Source: a virus
Taxonomy: Duplodnaviria > Caudoviricetes
IMG/VR virus record: IMGVR_UViG_2630968317_000001
Location: 1 to 64,000 of that record
Direction: 5' to 3' (one strand)
Length of the DNA: 64,000 bases
Shown: positions 40,881 to 51,311 of the stretch, one piece after another
How the letters are laid out: each line of letters begins with the position of its first letter
Numbering within the stretch: position 1 is the first letter of the stretch
Notes under the pieces: model-generated
Told to the model about the DNA's origin: nothing
Databases searched by the model: none
Seen by the model: the letters and a program-made list of their open reading frames with translations, nothing else
Position numbers and translations under genes: made by a program

Positions 40881-41594
40881 ATGGCGGCATTAAAAGGCGT
40901 AAAGACGCTCGATATGGTGGACGGCGAAATTACGAAAGTTGCGTATGAAGGTGCGGAGTATGAACGTGTTGAGGGAGGCGCAAAGGTCGGCGATATCATA
41001 CGACTAACAGAAGAAGCTCGACGCGACGTCACCCCTGGCGGATTTTATACTGTAAGAGGAGTTATAGGCGCCAGAGTTCAGATAACAGACGACGTTAATG
41101 CGCCGCATCATTGGGACGAGGAATATTATGTTCCATTCCGCAAGAAGTACGTACGCCTAAAAGTCGGCGATTATGCGAAGGTGGTCGATTGGCCTAGTCC
41201 TTTTAAAGGAGCCGAAGGTGACTTGGTTAAGGTATTGACTGATGCCCGAAAATCTCGTCCGTTTCACTGCGAGCTTTTGACCGGAAATTACGTTGGAGAT
41301 AGAATTTGGGCACGTGAATCCGAACTAGTCCTCGCAACCGAAGCCGAAGTCGCCAAAGAAGCGGAAGCAAAACGATCCACCGAAGCGAAATGGGCGAAGA
41401 TCGGACGCAAAGTTGGCGAGTATCGTAAAGGCGATATTGTTCAATTTAAAGACGACTACGTAGCGATCGGAGTTGTCGAGGATGTCGGTGCCGATCTTCT
41501 AGGAGTACGCATGCCAGACGAAGCCTATCAGTGTCCGTACAAGAACAACGTAACGCTAATCACTCCGGTCGAGGCACGTTTTGACCGCAGCTAA
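40881..41594 (+). CDS. SH3/KOW-repeat phage protein
   Basis: AKVGDII, LKVGDYAKV, YRKGDIV. Confidence 0.65.
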   Translation: MAALKGVKTLDMVDGEITKVAYEGAEYERVEGGAKVGDIIRLTEEARRDVTPGGFYTVRGVIGARVQITDDVNAPHHWDEEYYVPFRKKYVRLKVGDYAKVVDWPSPFKGAEGDLVKVLTDARKSRPFHCELLTGNYVGDRIWARESELVLATEAEVAKEAEAKRSTEAKWAKIGRKVGEYRKGDIVQFKDDYVAIGVVEDVGADLLGVRMPDEAYQCPYKNNVTLITPVEARFDRS

Positions 41595-41770
41595 ATGCGC
41601 CTCCTGCCAAGCGCCCATTAACGAAGGCCAGTCCGCCGTTTACGACTCACTTTACGAAGTGTATTGTTGCGCCGGCGACTGCTGGTCGGAGTTTTATTCG
41701 GATAATGAGACGGCTCATAGACGGAAGTGGACGGACACCATCGAATTTTAAACGGGAGGGAGGACGCGAC

Positions 41771-44050
41771 GTGGAAATCAAGCCGTTAAAACTAAACGTA
41801 AATGCGGGCAAGGCGGCGCCGGCGACCGAAGTTGCTAAACGTAAGCAAGCGGCCAACGCCGTCGAGCCAATCGAGGATGCCTGGCGTCGCATCTACGCTA
41901 GCAAACTTAGCGACTCGGACCGGCAGAAATTAGACGAAGTCAAGGCGGCTTTGGAGGACGGACGCTTGGCGCGCGATCCTTCTGACTGCGTTAATAAGGC
42001 GGGCAAGCCGAAGAAGTTCAGCAAGGCGGAAGCGCTGCGACTTTGGAAAACGGTGCAAGCGCAGGTCCGCGAGGAAAAGCTACGCAAGATGGTCGAGGAA
42101 ACGCCCGTCAACTACGAACTTATTACGACTGAACACGAACTTGCGAATTTACTCGACGATCTTAGGAACGAAGAGATAATCGCAGTTGATACGGAGACAA
42201 CTGGCGTAGACGTGTACACGGACGTTATTGTCGGTATTTCACTAACTTTACCTCGAACTGACCGGCACGTATATCTACCGGTTGATCACGTTGGTTGCGA
42301 GCAGCTTAGCCGAGAGTACGTACTTAGCGAATTAGCGGTCGTATTTAACGACGATAAGATCGGAAAGGTCCTGCACAACGCCATATTCGATATCGCAATG
42401 CTACGGAGACACGGGCATGACCTCGAAGGCGTCGTGTGGGATACAATGACCGCGATGCATATTCTTAATGAGAACGAAGGAGATCGAAGTACCGGCGGCG
42501 CTGGTTCGTTTAAATTAAAAGACTTGGCGCCTAAATATTTAAAAACGCCGTCAGACACCTACGACAGTCTATTCGGAAAGAATGCGCAATTTAGAGAAGT
42601 TCCTTTAGATATCGCGCTAGTTTATGCTGCGAAGGATACGGAGTTAACTTGGAGACTTTACGAATTTCAGCGAAAACATATGGCGCAAATGCCGACGGTC
42701 TTAGAATACTACGAAACCGTGGAAGTGCCGTTGCTATATGTAATTGTAACCTTAGAAGCCAACGGATATGTACTCGACTTGGACTTCGCTAAGGAATACG
42801 GAGAAAAGTTGCACCAACGTGCCGAAGAATTACGGGAAGAATTAGTCGCAGAGTTGACGCCGTTTCATGAAGGGGACGAACAGATAAATCTAAATTCGAC
42901 ACATCAAATGCGCCCTGCACTCTCGAAATCGATCGGCAAAGAACTTCCTAATATGGATGCGAAGAAAACGCTGAAACCGTTAAAAGATAGTCACGATATC
43001 ATTGCGAAGCTCTTGGAATACCGTAAAATCAGCAAGTTGAGTGGGACATATATCGATACTTTACCGACTAAACAAAACCCTACAACTAAGCGATGGCACT
43101 CACGATTCAACCCGATGGGAACCGTAACAGGGAGATTCAGTTCCGGTAAGGATGAAGAAGACAAGACGCAACAGGGATTTAATGTGCAGAACCAACCGCC
43201 GGAAGCGCGACCTATGTTTATACCTCCGAAAGGGAAAGTTCTTGTAGGCGCCGACTTCAAAGCCCAGGAAATTAGATGCGTAGCGTATTTGTCAGAAGAA
43301 CCCGTTCTAATCGACGCATTCTTAAAAAGCCTCGATCCTTACGCAACGATGGCGTCCAACTTCTATAAGCGACCTTACGCGGATGTTTATAAGAATCCCG
43401 ATGGATCCGACACTAAAGAGCGAAAGCAGATGAAAGTAGTGTGGCTAGCGACGCTATACGGTATGAGCGACTATTCTCTCGCAGACATGCTCGGAACTTC
43501 TAAGAAAGACGCTACGGCGTTTAAGGAAGAGCTATTCGGAAGTATGCCGAAGCTATCTTCGTGGCTAAAAGAGAACGAAAACTTTGTTCGTGAGTATGGG
43601 TTCGTATGGGCGGATTTAAAAGCACGTAAGCGAAGACTGCCCGACGCGAAATTACCTAGAAAAAACATTCCATTCGGAAAGTGGAACGATCCTAAATACG
43701 ACGCTGCTAGAAAACACAATTCGAGTATTAACCGAGCCTTACGTCAGGCGACAAATGCGCGTGTTCAAGGTTCGTCATCTATTCAAACAAAAGTGACGAT
43801 GATTAAGGCGCATGAGTATTGCGGGAACAAACCGGGATGGAAGTTGTGGTCATCGGTACATGACGAACTAATTTTCGAAGTCCCGGAAGATTTTACACAA
43901 GAAGAAGCGCAAGATATTCGCGATATTATGCTTAATTCGTATCGCTGGGGAGACGTTGTGCCTAACGGAACTGATATCGAAGTTATGCGGAAATGGGGAG
44001 AAGGCGTGCCCTTAGACGACTGGTTTAAAAATAAGGAGGAGATTAATTGA
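41771..44050 (+). CDS. polA: Family A DNA polymerase with 3'-5' exonuclease
   Basis: DTETTG, HNAIFD, YAAKD, TVTGRFSS, ADFKAQEIR, KVVWLATLYG, VHDEL. Confidence 0.95.
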   Translation: MEIKPLKLNVNAGKAAPATEVAKRKQAANAVEPIEDAWRRIYASKLSDSDRQKLDEVKAALEDGRLARDPSDCVNKAGKPKKFSKAEALRLWKTVQAQVREEKLRKMVEETPVNYELITTEHELANLLDDLRNEEIIAVDTETTGVDVYTDVIVGISLTLPRTDRHVYLPVDHVGCEQLSREYVLSELAVVFNDDKIGKVLHNAIFDIAMLRRHGHDLEGVVWDTMTAMHILNENEGDRSTGGAGSFKLKDLAPKYLKTPSDTYDSLFGKNAQFREVPLDIALVYAAKDTELTWRLYEFQRKHMAQMPTVLEYYETVEVPLLYVIVTLEANGYVLDLDFAKEYGEKLHQRAEELREELVAELTPFHEGDEQINLNSTHQMRPALSKSIGKELPNMDAKKTLKPLKDSHDIIAKLLEYRKISKLSGTYIDTLPTKQNPTTKRWHSRFNPMGTVTGRFSSGKDEEDKTQQGFNVQNQPPEARPMFIPPKGKVLVGADFKAQEIRCVAYLSEEPVLIDAFLKSLDPYATMASNFYKRPYADVYKNPDGSDTKERKQMKVVWLATLYGMSDYSLADMLGTSKKDATAFKEELFGSMPKLSSWLKENENFVREYGFVWADLKARKRRLPDAKLPRKNIPFGKWNDPKYDAARKHNSSINRALRQATNARVQGSSSIQTKVTMIKAHEYCGNKPGWKLWSSVHDELIFEVPEDFTQEEAQDIRDIMLNSYRWGDVVPNGTDIEVMRKWGEGVPLDDWFKNKEEIN

Positions 44051-45096
44051 CGGCAGACAAACGAAAATTAGCGGCTCAATTACTTAGTAACGGCGGTTCT
44101 TCCGAGCCATCATTTGCGCAATCAATCGCGGATGAACTTGTATCGTATCTTAACGAATGGCATTCGCTGCCCGAGACGTGGGATAACCAATTAGACGCAG
44201 ATATTCACCGATGGTATGCGAACGCGCCAAACGTATTTCCGAAGCGTCCGTATTTCTCACCGTCGGCATCAAACGCATGTCCGCGCGAACTATACCACAA
44301 GGCGCTGAACGCGAAAAAGGACGTCGAGGCCAAGCCGCCATATCAAGGACGATGGACGCGTCTAGGAACGGCGATCGGCGACATGATCCAGCGCGATATT
44401 TTGTTCATGGCGAAGCACTTCGGTAAAAAGACCGGACGCGTGTGTCCGTTTGACTTTGAACGCAACGAGGACGGAACACCGGTATTCGAGGACTTTGCTA
44501 AACGCAATCACAAGATCGAGCGCGGTGGGCAGACGTTCTACTTATACGGGACTTGCGACGGCATTCTTCGCTATGTGACGGCAGACGGCGAAATCTTACG
44601 GGTTGGCCTCGAAATCAAGTCGAAGCAAACGACCGCCGCCAAGACTTCGCTGCATTCGATGCGTGAACCGGAAGCAAAACACGTAGCGCAATGCGTGACT
44701 TACGGGCCGATGTATGGTGTCGATTATTACGTTATTTTGTACGTCAACGCGTCCAAGAAATCGTGGGTCTATCCGGAAGGTGAGTTCGAGAAATCGCCGG
44801 ACATCCGAGCGTTCGGCATCGAAATCAAGCCGCATGACATTGACGCGATTCTTGATAGATTCGTAGATATCCGAGATGCGGTCGATGCGGGTACGCCGCC
44901 GGCGCTTGATCTCGGAGCATGGACGTTCAACAACTATAAAACTACGATTGCTAAGTCGTTAACGGATGAGGAACTGCAGATCATTCGCGAGAAAGTAGCG
45001 CAAGTACGTAGGTCGGGCATGTACGCAAGCACGAAGCAGCAGTACGCAGAGGCGCTCGCATTTATCGAGAGAGTACGAGAAGGGGAGGCGGTTTGA
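44047..45096 (+). CDS. Cas4/RecB-like PD-(D/E)XK exonuclease
   Basis: FSPSASNACPRELY, GTCDG, LEIKSK, QCVTY. Confidence 0.8.
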   Translation: MTADKRKLAAQLLSNGGSSEPSFAQSIADELVSYLNEWHSLPETWDNQLDADIHRWYANAPNVFPKRPYFSPSASNACPRELYHKALNAKKDVEAKPPYQGRWTRLGTAIGDMIQRDILFMAKHFGKKTGRVCPFDFERNEDGTPVFEDFAKRNHKIERGGQTFYLYGTCDGILRYVTADGEILRVGLEIKSKQTTAAKTSLHSMREPEAKHVAQCVTYGPMYGVDYYVILYVNASKKSWVYPEGEFEKSPDIRAFGIEIKPHDIDAILDRFVDIRDAVDAGTPPALDLGAWTFNNYKTTIAKSLTDEELQIIREKVAQVRRSGMYASTKQQYAEALAFIERVREGEAV

Positions 45097-45350
45097 TGTC
45101 GTTTAAACTTATCAGAGTTCGGAGCATCGGAAATAAAGAGGTGCCGGAGTGGAAGAAAAGCTTCACGGGTGAATTATGCCGTATCGGAAACGTTCGTTTG
45201 GGGAGACGCCTAGTAGTCGATTTTCCAAACGTAGACATGCATCTTGTCACTACCGAAATAGTCGCGTACAACTCCGACTGGAGGGCGAGTAACAGCTTAA
45301 TCTTGCAAACCCAAAATACAGTTTACGTGTTCTCGAAGGAGGCGGTTTGA
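45093..45350 (+). CDS. Hypothetical protein
   Basis: Coupled ORF; TQNTVYVF. Confidence 0.6.
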   Translation: MMSFKLIRVRSIGNKEVPEWKKSFTGELCRIGNVRLGRRLVVDFPNVDMHLVTTEIVAYNSDWRASNSLILQTQNTVYVFSKEAV

Positions 45351-45547
45351 TGACGGTAGATGACGTTCGGGAACGCGTTGAAAATATCCGACAAGTAGCC
45401 TTCGATGACGAGACGGCTCATGGCATGGAAGACGACTTGTATATCGATGTTTTAGAGGCGATCGCAACCGGCGCAGATAGCCCAGAAAAACTTGCGGCAG
45501 AGGCGCTAAAGACGCAGGAAATCGAATTCTATCGGTGGTATTCGTGA
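45347..45547 (+). CDS. Small acidic helical phage protein
   Basis: DDETAHGMEDDLY..FYRWYS. Confidence 0.65.
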   Translation: MMTVDDVRERVENIRQVAFDDETAHGMEDDLYIDVLEAIATGADSPEKLAAEALKTQEIEFYRWYS

Positions 45548-46080
45548 CCGCCGCCAAGCCTATCCGCATCCTTGCGCTAGACATATCAACGAACCCAGGC
45601 TTCGCAGTCCTCGAAGTTAAGCGCCTAAAGTCAGGACCGCGTATCAATCTCGTTCACGTAACGTCTGTCAGCACGTCAAGCCAATCGCCGGATAGCCATC
45701 GTTACTCTTATATCGAAGCTGCAACGACAATGGTTCTGCACGAATACGGACCGTTTGACGTAGTTGTCCGCGAACATTTCAAGGGCGGTCGAAATAAGAG
45801 ATCGACGCAAACAGTGTTCGGAGCATGGGCGGTCATTGATACGGCGCTTGGTAAATACGGATACAAGGTCGACGAAGAGATACCGCCGACCGCAGTTAAG
45901 CGGGATGTGACTGGAAATGGCAGCGCATCAAAGGACGAAGTAGAGGCGGGTGTAAGGCGCATGCTTGCGTTACCGGATGACTTTACGTTTCGTACGGATG
46001 ATGAATCGGATGCGGTGGCGGTTGGGCTTTCGTATCTAGTTCGTGAAGGCGTAATTGAGAAACCGAAAGGGGCGGAATAG
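45544..46080 (+). CDS. ruvC: RuvC-like Holliday junction resolvase
   Basis: ILALDIS..PGFA, VVRE, VKRDVTGNGSASKDEV, DDESDAVAVG. Confidence 0.88.
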   Translation: MTAAKPIRILALDISTNPGFAVLEVKRLKSGPRINLVHVTSVSTSSQSPDSHRYSYIEAATTMVLHEYGPFDVVVREHFKGGRNKRSTQTVFGAWAVIDTALGKYGYKVDEEIPPTAVKRDVTGNGSASKDEVEAGVRRMLALPDDFTFRTDDESDAVAVGLSYLVREGVIEKPKGAE

Positions 46081-46575
46081 ATGGGCGTGGGTTTAATTAT
46101 TACGTTTGTTGTAACTACGTTAGTTGCCGCAGTTTTAATGCTCGGTATATATGGTTACGTCGCTTCACTCCTCCTCGGAGCAGCAGGAGGAGCAATAGTC
46201 GCACTCATCGCGTGTATACCTATGATTTTTGCGGAAATGCATGCGGTCGATCCAGTTAAAACGGAAGTCTATTCGCTGAAAGATGCGTCCGAAACATCCG
46301 GTAGATTCGTCTTAGGATCGGGAACAGCGCAAGAGGTGCCGTATTTTTACTACGTAGTGGAGAAGGACGGATTTAAGTCGATTGATAAAGCGGTAATTGG
46401 AGCTTCTAAGATTCGCGAAGGGTCATACGAAAAGCCATACGTTCTTACTTATGACGTCCAGTATAAATCGGCTATTGCACGATTCTTCTATGGCAAGAGT
46501 ACGGGGTTAAATACGTACGAATTTTACTTACCGGAAAACACGATTACGACCGACTATAAAATTGATATGGAGTGA
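46081..46575 (+). CDS. Membrane protein
   Basis: Two N-terminal TM segments; GRFVLGSG. Confidence 0.65.
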   Translation: MGVGLIITFVVTTLVAAVLMLGIYGYVASLLLGAAGGAIVALIACIPMIFAEMHAVDPVKTEVYSLKDASETSGRFVLGSGTAQEVPYFYYVVEKDGFKSIDKAVIGASKIREGSYEKPYVLTYDVQYKSAIARFFYGKSTGLNTYEFYLPENTITTDYKIDME

Positions 46576-46844
46576 TTCGGATGGATAAACACGAAGAATA
46601 CGTAATCAAAATTACAGGCGCATTAGGGGAAGTTTTTAACGAAGAATCCGAGCATTTTATTGCGGAATTAAAGAACGTCGACTTAACGGCATTCTTTACG
46701 GCTGCAAACACAGCTCTCGGAGTCATGTATAACCACTATACAGGCGACCATAAGAACGCGGTTGAATTTACGCACCTACTTAACGGGTTGGCGGTTCGGA
46801 AAGCGATCGAGAGTGCAACGAAGGAGGCGGGTGCAAATGGATAA
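46572..46844 (+). CDS. Hypothetical protein
   Basis: Coupled ORF. Confidence 0.6.
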   Translation: MIRMDKHEEYVIKITGALGEVFNEESEHFIAELKNVDLTAFFTAANTALGVMYNHYTGDHKNAVEFTHLLNGLAVRKAIESATKEAGANG

Positions 46845-47202
46845 AGCGATGGCTTACATCGACAAGTTAGCCGCAAAGCTCGGAGTGGCGGCGGAACATG
46901 TTTACGGAGTGCTCGTTAAGCAGGCGGTGGTCGGCGGAGTACTTTCAACGCTTATGATGATAGCCGCCATAATTATCGCGGTGTTGTTAACGAAATCACT
47001 CGCGAAGAAGAGTCGTGAGCACCAAAAACATATTGGAGAATACGACCTCAATCCGTACCAAGTAATTCATTGGTGTACGGTGCTTGCTTTAGCGGTACTC
47101 TCTATAGCTGCGTTAATTAACGGGCCTGATATGGTCGGGAAGATCATCAACCCGGAATACTACGCGATCAAGGAAATCCTCGACACGATCGGAGGTAAAT
47201 GA
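46837..47202 (+). CDS. Phage membrane protein (LAAKLGVAAEHVY..NPEYYAIK family)
   Basis: AAGGAGG RBS; two TM segments. Confidence 0.7.
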   Translation: MDKAMAYIDKLAAKLGVAAEHVYGVLVKQAVVGGVLSTLMMIAAIIIAVLLTKSLAKKSREHQKHIGEYDLNPYQVIHWCTVLALAVLSIAALINGPDMVGKIINPEYYAIKEILDTIGGK

Positions 47203-47408
47203 CGATGGGATACGGAGATATTTTCGTTGCGCCGATCGCTAATTTGCTCGACATGAAGCGGCGGCTCGAATCAGATTTAGGCGACCATGAATACGCATTA
47301 AACCGCCTTGAACTTAAGCGCGTCGAAACGGAAATCGAACGTGACCGGACGGCTGCTAGAATTGAGGAATTAGCTGCAGAAATTGAACGGAGAGGTGGGC
47401 GCGGATGA
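47199..47408 (+). CDS. Coiled-coil hypothetical protein
   Basis: Coupled ORF. Confidence 0.6.
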   Translation: MTMGYGDIFVAPIANLLDMKRRLESDLGDHEYALNRLELKRVETEIERDRTAARIEELAAEIERRGGRG

Positions 47409-47599
47409 AAACGAGAGAAGAGATTCAGTCAGAGATAGCCGGATTACGTAGCATGATTGAAGCCGCGAATAGTGAGATTGAAGCCGCGAATAGTGAGATT
47501 GAAGACTTAGAAAGAGATATTAACTATGCATACGATAAAAAGGCCGAACTTGAAGCCGAGTTAGCCTCGCTAGATCAATCGGAAGGTGAAGACGAATGA
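47405..47599 (+). CDS. Coiled-coil protein with a duplicated heptad
   Basis: IEAANSE twice. Confidence 0.6.
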   Translation: MKTREEIQSEIAGLRSMIEAANSEIEAANSEIEDLERDINYAYDKKAELEAELASLDQSEGEDE

Positions 47600-47760
47600 T
47601 TACGTACGTTGCGCTATTCAGCCTCGCAATCCTCATCATTTTTGTAGGCGGCACAAATGCGAAGACGTTCGAAAAAATCACGACGAAAATCGCCGGCCTC
47701 GTCCTACTAATCATTCCTACTGCGGTGCTATTAGCGTACGCGACCGGAGTTCAGCCGTGA
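47596..47760 (+). CDS. 54-aa two-TM protein (not in ORF track)
   Basis: MITYVALFSLAILIIFVGG..; ATGA and GTGA coupling at both ends. Confidence 0.6.
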   Translation: MITYVALFSLAILIIFVGGTNAKTFEKITTKIAGLVLLIIPTAVLLAYATGVQP

Positions 47761-48113
47761 TCGTATATTTCTACTCGCTGACGGGAAACGTACGGCGGTT
47801 CATCGCTAAGACCGGACTAGGTGGTCATGCGCGTGAAGTCAAGACGGGCGAGGTCGTTGAGGAACCGTTCGTACTCGTAACGCCGACCTACGACTTCGGC
47901 CGGCCGCCTGCAACAGTAAGCGAATGGCTTAAGGATAACGGCGATTGGATGGTCGGCGTGTCGGCGTCGGGCAATCGTAACTGGGGCGACGGCTTTGGCG
48001 CGGCTGCCGACGTTATTGCGACGCTTTATGACGTTCCGGTGGTCGGCAAATTCGAATTAGCAGGGACGGAAGAGGACGTAAGACAATTTACGGAAAGGGT
48101 GAAGGCGCTTTGA
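47757..48113 (+). CDS. nrdI: Ribonucleotide reductase flavodoxin
   Basis: YSLTGNVRRF, TPTYDFG, SGNRNWG, FELAGT. Confidence 0.93.
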   Translation: MIVYFYSLTGNVRRFIAKTGLGGHAREVKTGEVVEEPFVLVTPTYDFGRPPATVSEWLKDNGDWMVGVSASGNRNWGDGFGAAADVIATLYDVPVVGKFELAGTEEDVRQFTERVKAL

Positions 48114-50197
48114 AGCGACACATCGAGTTAAATAACGAAATTATGATTCAAAAAGACGGGCGGTTTCAATTCGAGAAAGACGAAGAGGCCGTCCGTGCTT
48201 ATTTTATAGACTACGTAAATCAAAACACCGTATTTTTCCACGATTTAAAAGAAAAACTCGACTATCTACGCGATAACGATTACTACGAGACGGAATTCTT
48301 AGACGCTTATACATTCGATGAAATCAAGGCGGTCTATAAAACGGCCTATGCCGCCAAGTTCAGATTCCCTTCGTTCATGAGCGCATTCAAATTCTACAAC
48401 GACTACGCGCTGAAGACGAACGACCGTAAAAAGATTCTCGAACGCTACGAGGACCGCATCGCTTGCTGTGCGCTGTACTTCGGAAAAGGAGACGTGGCTA
48501 AGGCGATCGAGTTTGCGCAGTTAATGATCCGCCAAGAGTATCAGCCGGCGACTCCTACGTTTTTGAATGCCGGACGTAAACGCAGAGGCGAGATGGTGTC
48601 ATGTTTTCTGCTCGAAGTAAACGATTCGCTGAACGATATTTCACGTGCAATCGACATTTCGATGCAGCTATCGAAGGTTGGCGGGGGCGTATCGCTTAAC
48701 TTATCTAAACTTCGCGCAAAAGGTGAGGCGATCAAGGAAGTGGAGGGCGTAACGAAAGGCGCGATCGGCGTAATGAAGCTGCTCGATAATGCGTTCCGAT
48801 ATGCAGATCAGATGGGCCAGCGGCAAGGTTCGGGCGCAGCGTATCTAAACGTATTCCACGCGGATATAAACGATTTCTTAGATACGAAAAAAATCTCGGC
48901 AGATGAAGACGTCCGCGTCAAAACGCTATCCATCGGCGTCGTGGTGCCCGATAAATTCATCGAACTAGCGCGAGAAGATCGTCCCGCCTACGTTTTCTAT
49001 CCACATACGGTCTATAAGGCATATGGAACGCATCTAGACGAAATGGACATCGGCGCAATGTACGATGAACTCGTAAATAATCCGGCGGTACGTAAAGAAC
49101 GGATTAACCCGCGCCAGCTACTCGAAAAGATGGCCGTGCTGCGCTCCGAGTCAGGATATCCGTACATGATGTTTCAAGACAACGTTAACCGAGAACATGC
49201 GTTGAATCATATCAGCCGCGTTAAATTCTCGAATTTGTGTTCGGAGGTGCTTCAGGCGTCAACCGTCTCGGAATACACCGACTATGGAGAACCGGATGAT
49301 ATCGGCCTAGACATTTCGTGTAATCTCGGCTCTCTTAATATTGCGAATGTGATGGCGGGTGGCTCGATCGAAAACGCCGTCAAATTGGCCGTTGATGCGC
49401 TTACGGTCGTCTCTGAATCTACGAATATTAAAAACGCGCCAGCTGTCGCAAAGGCTAACCGTGAGATGCGTTCTATCGGACTCGGCGCGATGAATCTGCA
49501 TGGCTATCTAGCGCAGAATGGCATCGCATATGAATCGGAAGAAGCGCGTGACTTTGCTAACGTGTTTTTCGCCACAGTTAACTACTGGACGTTGGTACGC
49601 TCGAATGAATTGGCGCAGGAAACGGGATCAACATTTGAAGGCTACGAGGGTTCTACGTATGCGAGCGGAGAGTATTTCGAGAAGTATTTCGAAGGTGATT
49701 ATCGACCAAAAACGGATAAAGTGCGGGCGCTATTTAAAGACATCGTGATTCCTACGCCCCTCGAATGGGAAGTCTTACGCGATAACGTAAACATGCACGG
49801 ACTCTACCACGCCTATAGACTTGCGATTGCGCCTAACGGATCTATTTCGTATGTGCAGTCGGCGACGGCTTCGGTCATGCCAATTATGGAGCGTATTGAA
49901 GAACGGACTTACGGAAATTCGAAGACGTACTATCCAATGCCTGGATTATCGCCGCAAAACTGGTTCTTTTACAAGGAAGCGTACGACATGGATATGTTCA
50001 AGGTCGTGGATATGATCGCAACAATTCAGCAGCACGTCGACCAAGGCATCTCATTTACGCTGTTTTTAAAAGATACGATGACGACGCGTGATCTGAATCG
50101 GATTGACCTGTACGCGCACCACAAAGGAATCAAGACGCTTTATTATGCGCGCACTAAAGATACGACGCAGGAGGGGTGTTTATCATGTGCCGTTTAG
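48110..50197 (+). CDS. nrdE: Class Ib ribonucleotide reductase alpha subunit
   Basis: PATPTFLNAG, SCFLL, SNLCSE, C-terminal CLSC. Confidence 0.97.
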   Translation: MKRHIELNNEIMIQKDGRFQFEKDEEAVRAYFIDYVNQNTVFFHDLKEKLDYLRDNDYYETEFLDAYTFDEIKAVYKTAYAAKFRFPSFMSAFKFYNDYALKTNDRKKILERYEDRIACCALYFGKGDVAKAIEFAQLMIRQEYQPATPTFLNAGRKRRGEMVSCFLLEVNDSLNDISRAIDISMQLSKVGGGVSLNLSKLRAKGEAIKEVEGVTKGAIGVMKLLDNAFRYADQMGQRQGSGAAYLNVFHADINDFLDTKKISADEDVRVKTLSIGVVVPDKFIELAREDRPAYVFYPHTVYKAYGTHLDEMDIGAMYDELVNNPAVRKERINPRQLLEKMAVLRSESGYPYMMFQDNVNREHALNHISRVKFSNLCSEVLQASTVSEYTDYGEPDDIGLDISCNLGSLNIANVMAGGSIENAVKLAVDALTVVSESTNIKNAPAVAKANREMRSIGLGAMNLHGYLAQNGIAYESEEARDFANVFFATVNYWTLVRSNELAQETGSTFEGYEGSTYASGEYFEKYFEGDYRPKTDKVRALFKDIVIPTPLEWEVLRDNVNMHGLYHAYRLAIAPNGSISYVQSATASVMPIMERIEERTYGNSKTYYPMPGLSPQNWFFYKEAYDMDMFKVVDMIATIQQHVDQGISFTLFLKDTMTTRDLNRIDLYAHHKGIKTLYYARTKDTTQEGCLSCAV

Positions 50198-50340
50198 ATC
50201 GAAATACGACGGAGTACTCAAACAAAGATAAAGCGGTTAGACTTTCGCATAACACAAAGGCTTATGCGGACGGAGAGAAGTCGTTTAGACTATCCCATAA
50301 TACAAAGACACTTGTAAATCAGGGGAGGACGAATACTTGA
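50185..50340 (+). CDS. 51-aa micro-ORF bridging nrdE and nrdF, RLSHNTK twice
   Basis: GGAGGGG RBS; stop overlaps the nrdF TTG. Confidence 0.4.
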   Translation: MCRLDRNTTEYSNKDKAVRLSHNTKAYADGEKSFRLSHNTKTLVNQGRTNT

Positions 50341-51311
50341 CGACATTCACAGCGGCCAATTGGTCGCAATCAGACGATAATTTCACGGCCATGTTCTACG
50401 ATCAGAACGTCAAGCAATTTTGGCTGCCGGAGGAGATTTCGCTAAATGGCGACCTCCTTGCGTGGCACGAACTGAAGCCAGCCGAACGCGATACGTATAT
50501 GAAAGTGCTCGCCGGCCTGACGTTATTAGATACGGAGCAAGGCAACACCGGCATGCCCGCGATTATGGCGCACGTAGACGGACACCAACGCAAGGCCGTC
50601 CTTAATTTCATGGCGATGATGGAGAACGCAGTCCATGCGAAATCCTATTCGAATATCTTTCTAACGCTGGCGCCTTCGGAAACCATTACGGCCGTCTTCG
50701 AATGGGTTAAAGAAAACCGTTATTTGCAGCGCAAAGCGAAGCTGATCACCGACCTTTATCGCGATATCAAGGCAGGCGACGATATTTCGTTATACAAAGC
50801 GATGGTGGCTTCGGTATACCTCGAAAGTTTCCTATTCTACAGCGGCTTTTATTATCCGTTGTATTTCTACGGGCAGGGACGCATGATGCAGAGCGGCGAG
50901 ATAATTAACTTAATTATTCGCGATGAAGCGATACACGGCGTCTACGTCGGGTTGCTTGCGCAGGAAATTTATAACCGGCAGACGGCCGTCGTTAAGGCGG
51001 GCTTGCACGAATGGGCAGTCGGTTTATTAACGGATCTATACGAAAACGAGGTCGCATATACGGACGATGTGTATGGTGCGGTCGGTTTGGCGCATGATGT
51101 TAAGTCTTTCGTCCGATACAACGCGAATAAGGCACTCATGAACCTCGGCTTTGCGGCGCATTTTCCGGATGAGCCGGTCAATCCGATTGTGATAAACGGG
51201 TTGAGTACGAAGACGAAGGCACATGACTTCTTCTCAATGCAAGGAAACGGATATAAAAAGGCAACGGTCGAGGCACTTAAAGACGAAGATTTTTATTTTC
51301 CTGCCGATTAA
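50337..51311 (+). CDS. nrdF: Class Ib ribonucleotide reductase beta subunit
   Basis: [32 protein letters not shown]. Confidence 0.97.
   Translation: MTTFTAANWSQSDDNFTAMFYDQNVKQFWLPEEISLNGDLLAWHELKPAERDTYMKVLAGLTLLDTEQGNTGMPAIMAHVDGHQRKAVLNFMAMMENAVHAKSYSNIFLTLAPSETITAVFEWVKENRYLQRKAKLITDLYRDIKAGDDISLYKAMVASVYLESFLFYSGFYYPLYFYGQGRMMQSGEIINLIIRDEAIHGVYVGLLAQEIYNRQTAVVKAGLHEWAVGLLTDLYENEVAYTDDVYGAVGLAHDVKSFVRYNANKALMNLGFAAHFPDEPVNPIVINGLSTKTKAHDFFSMQGNGYKKATVEALKDEDFYFPAD

Noticed and set aside
44047-45096. Cas4-like nuclease as evidence of CRISPR-Cas
   Set aside because: No array or other cas genes; solo Cas4-like nucleases are common beside phage polymerases.
48110-51311. Intein or group I intron in nrdE/nrdF as in SPbeta
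   Set aside because: Both ORFs are uninterrupted and of normal length.
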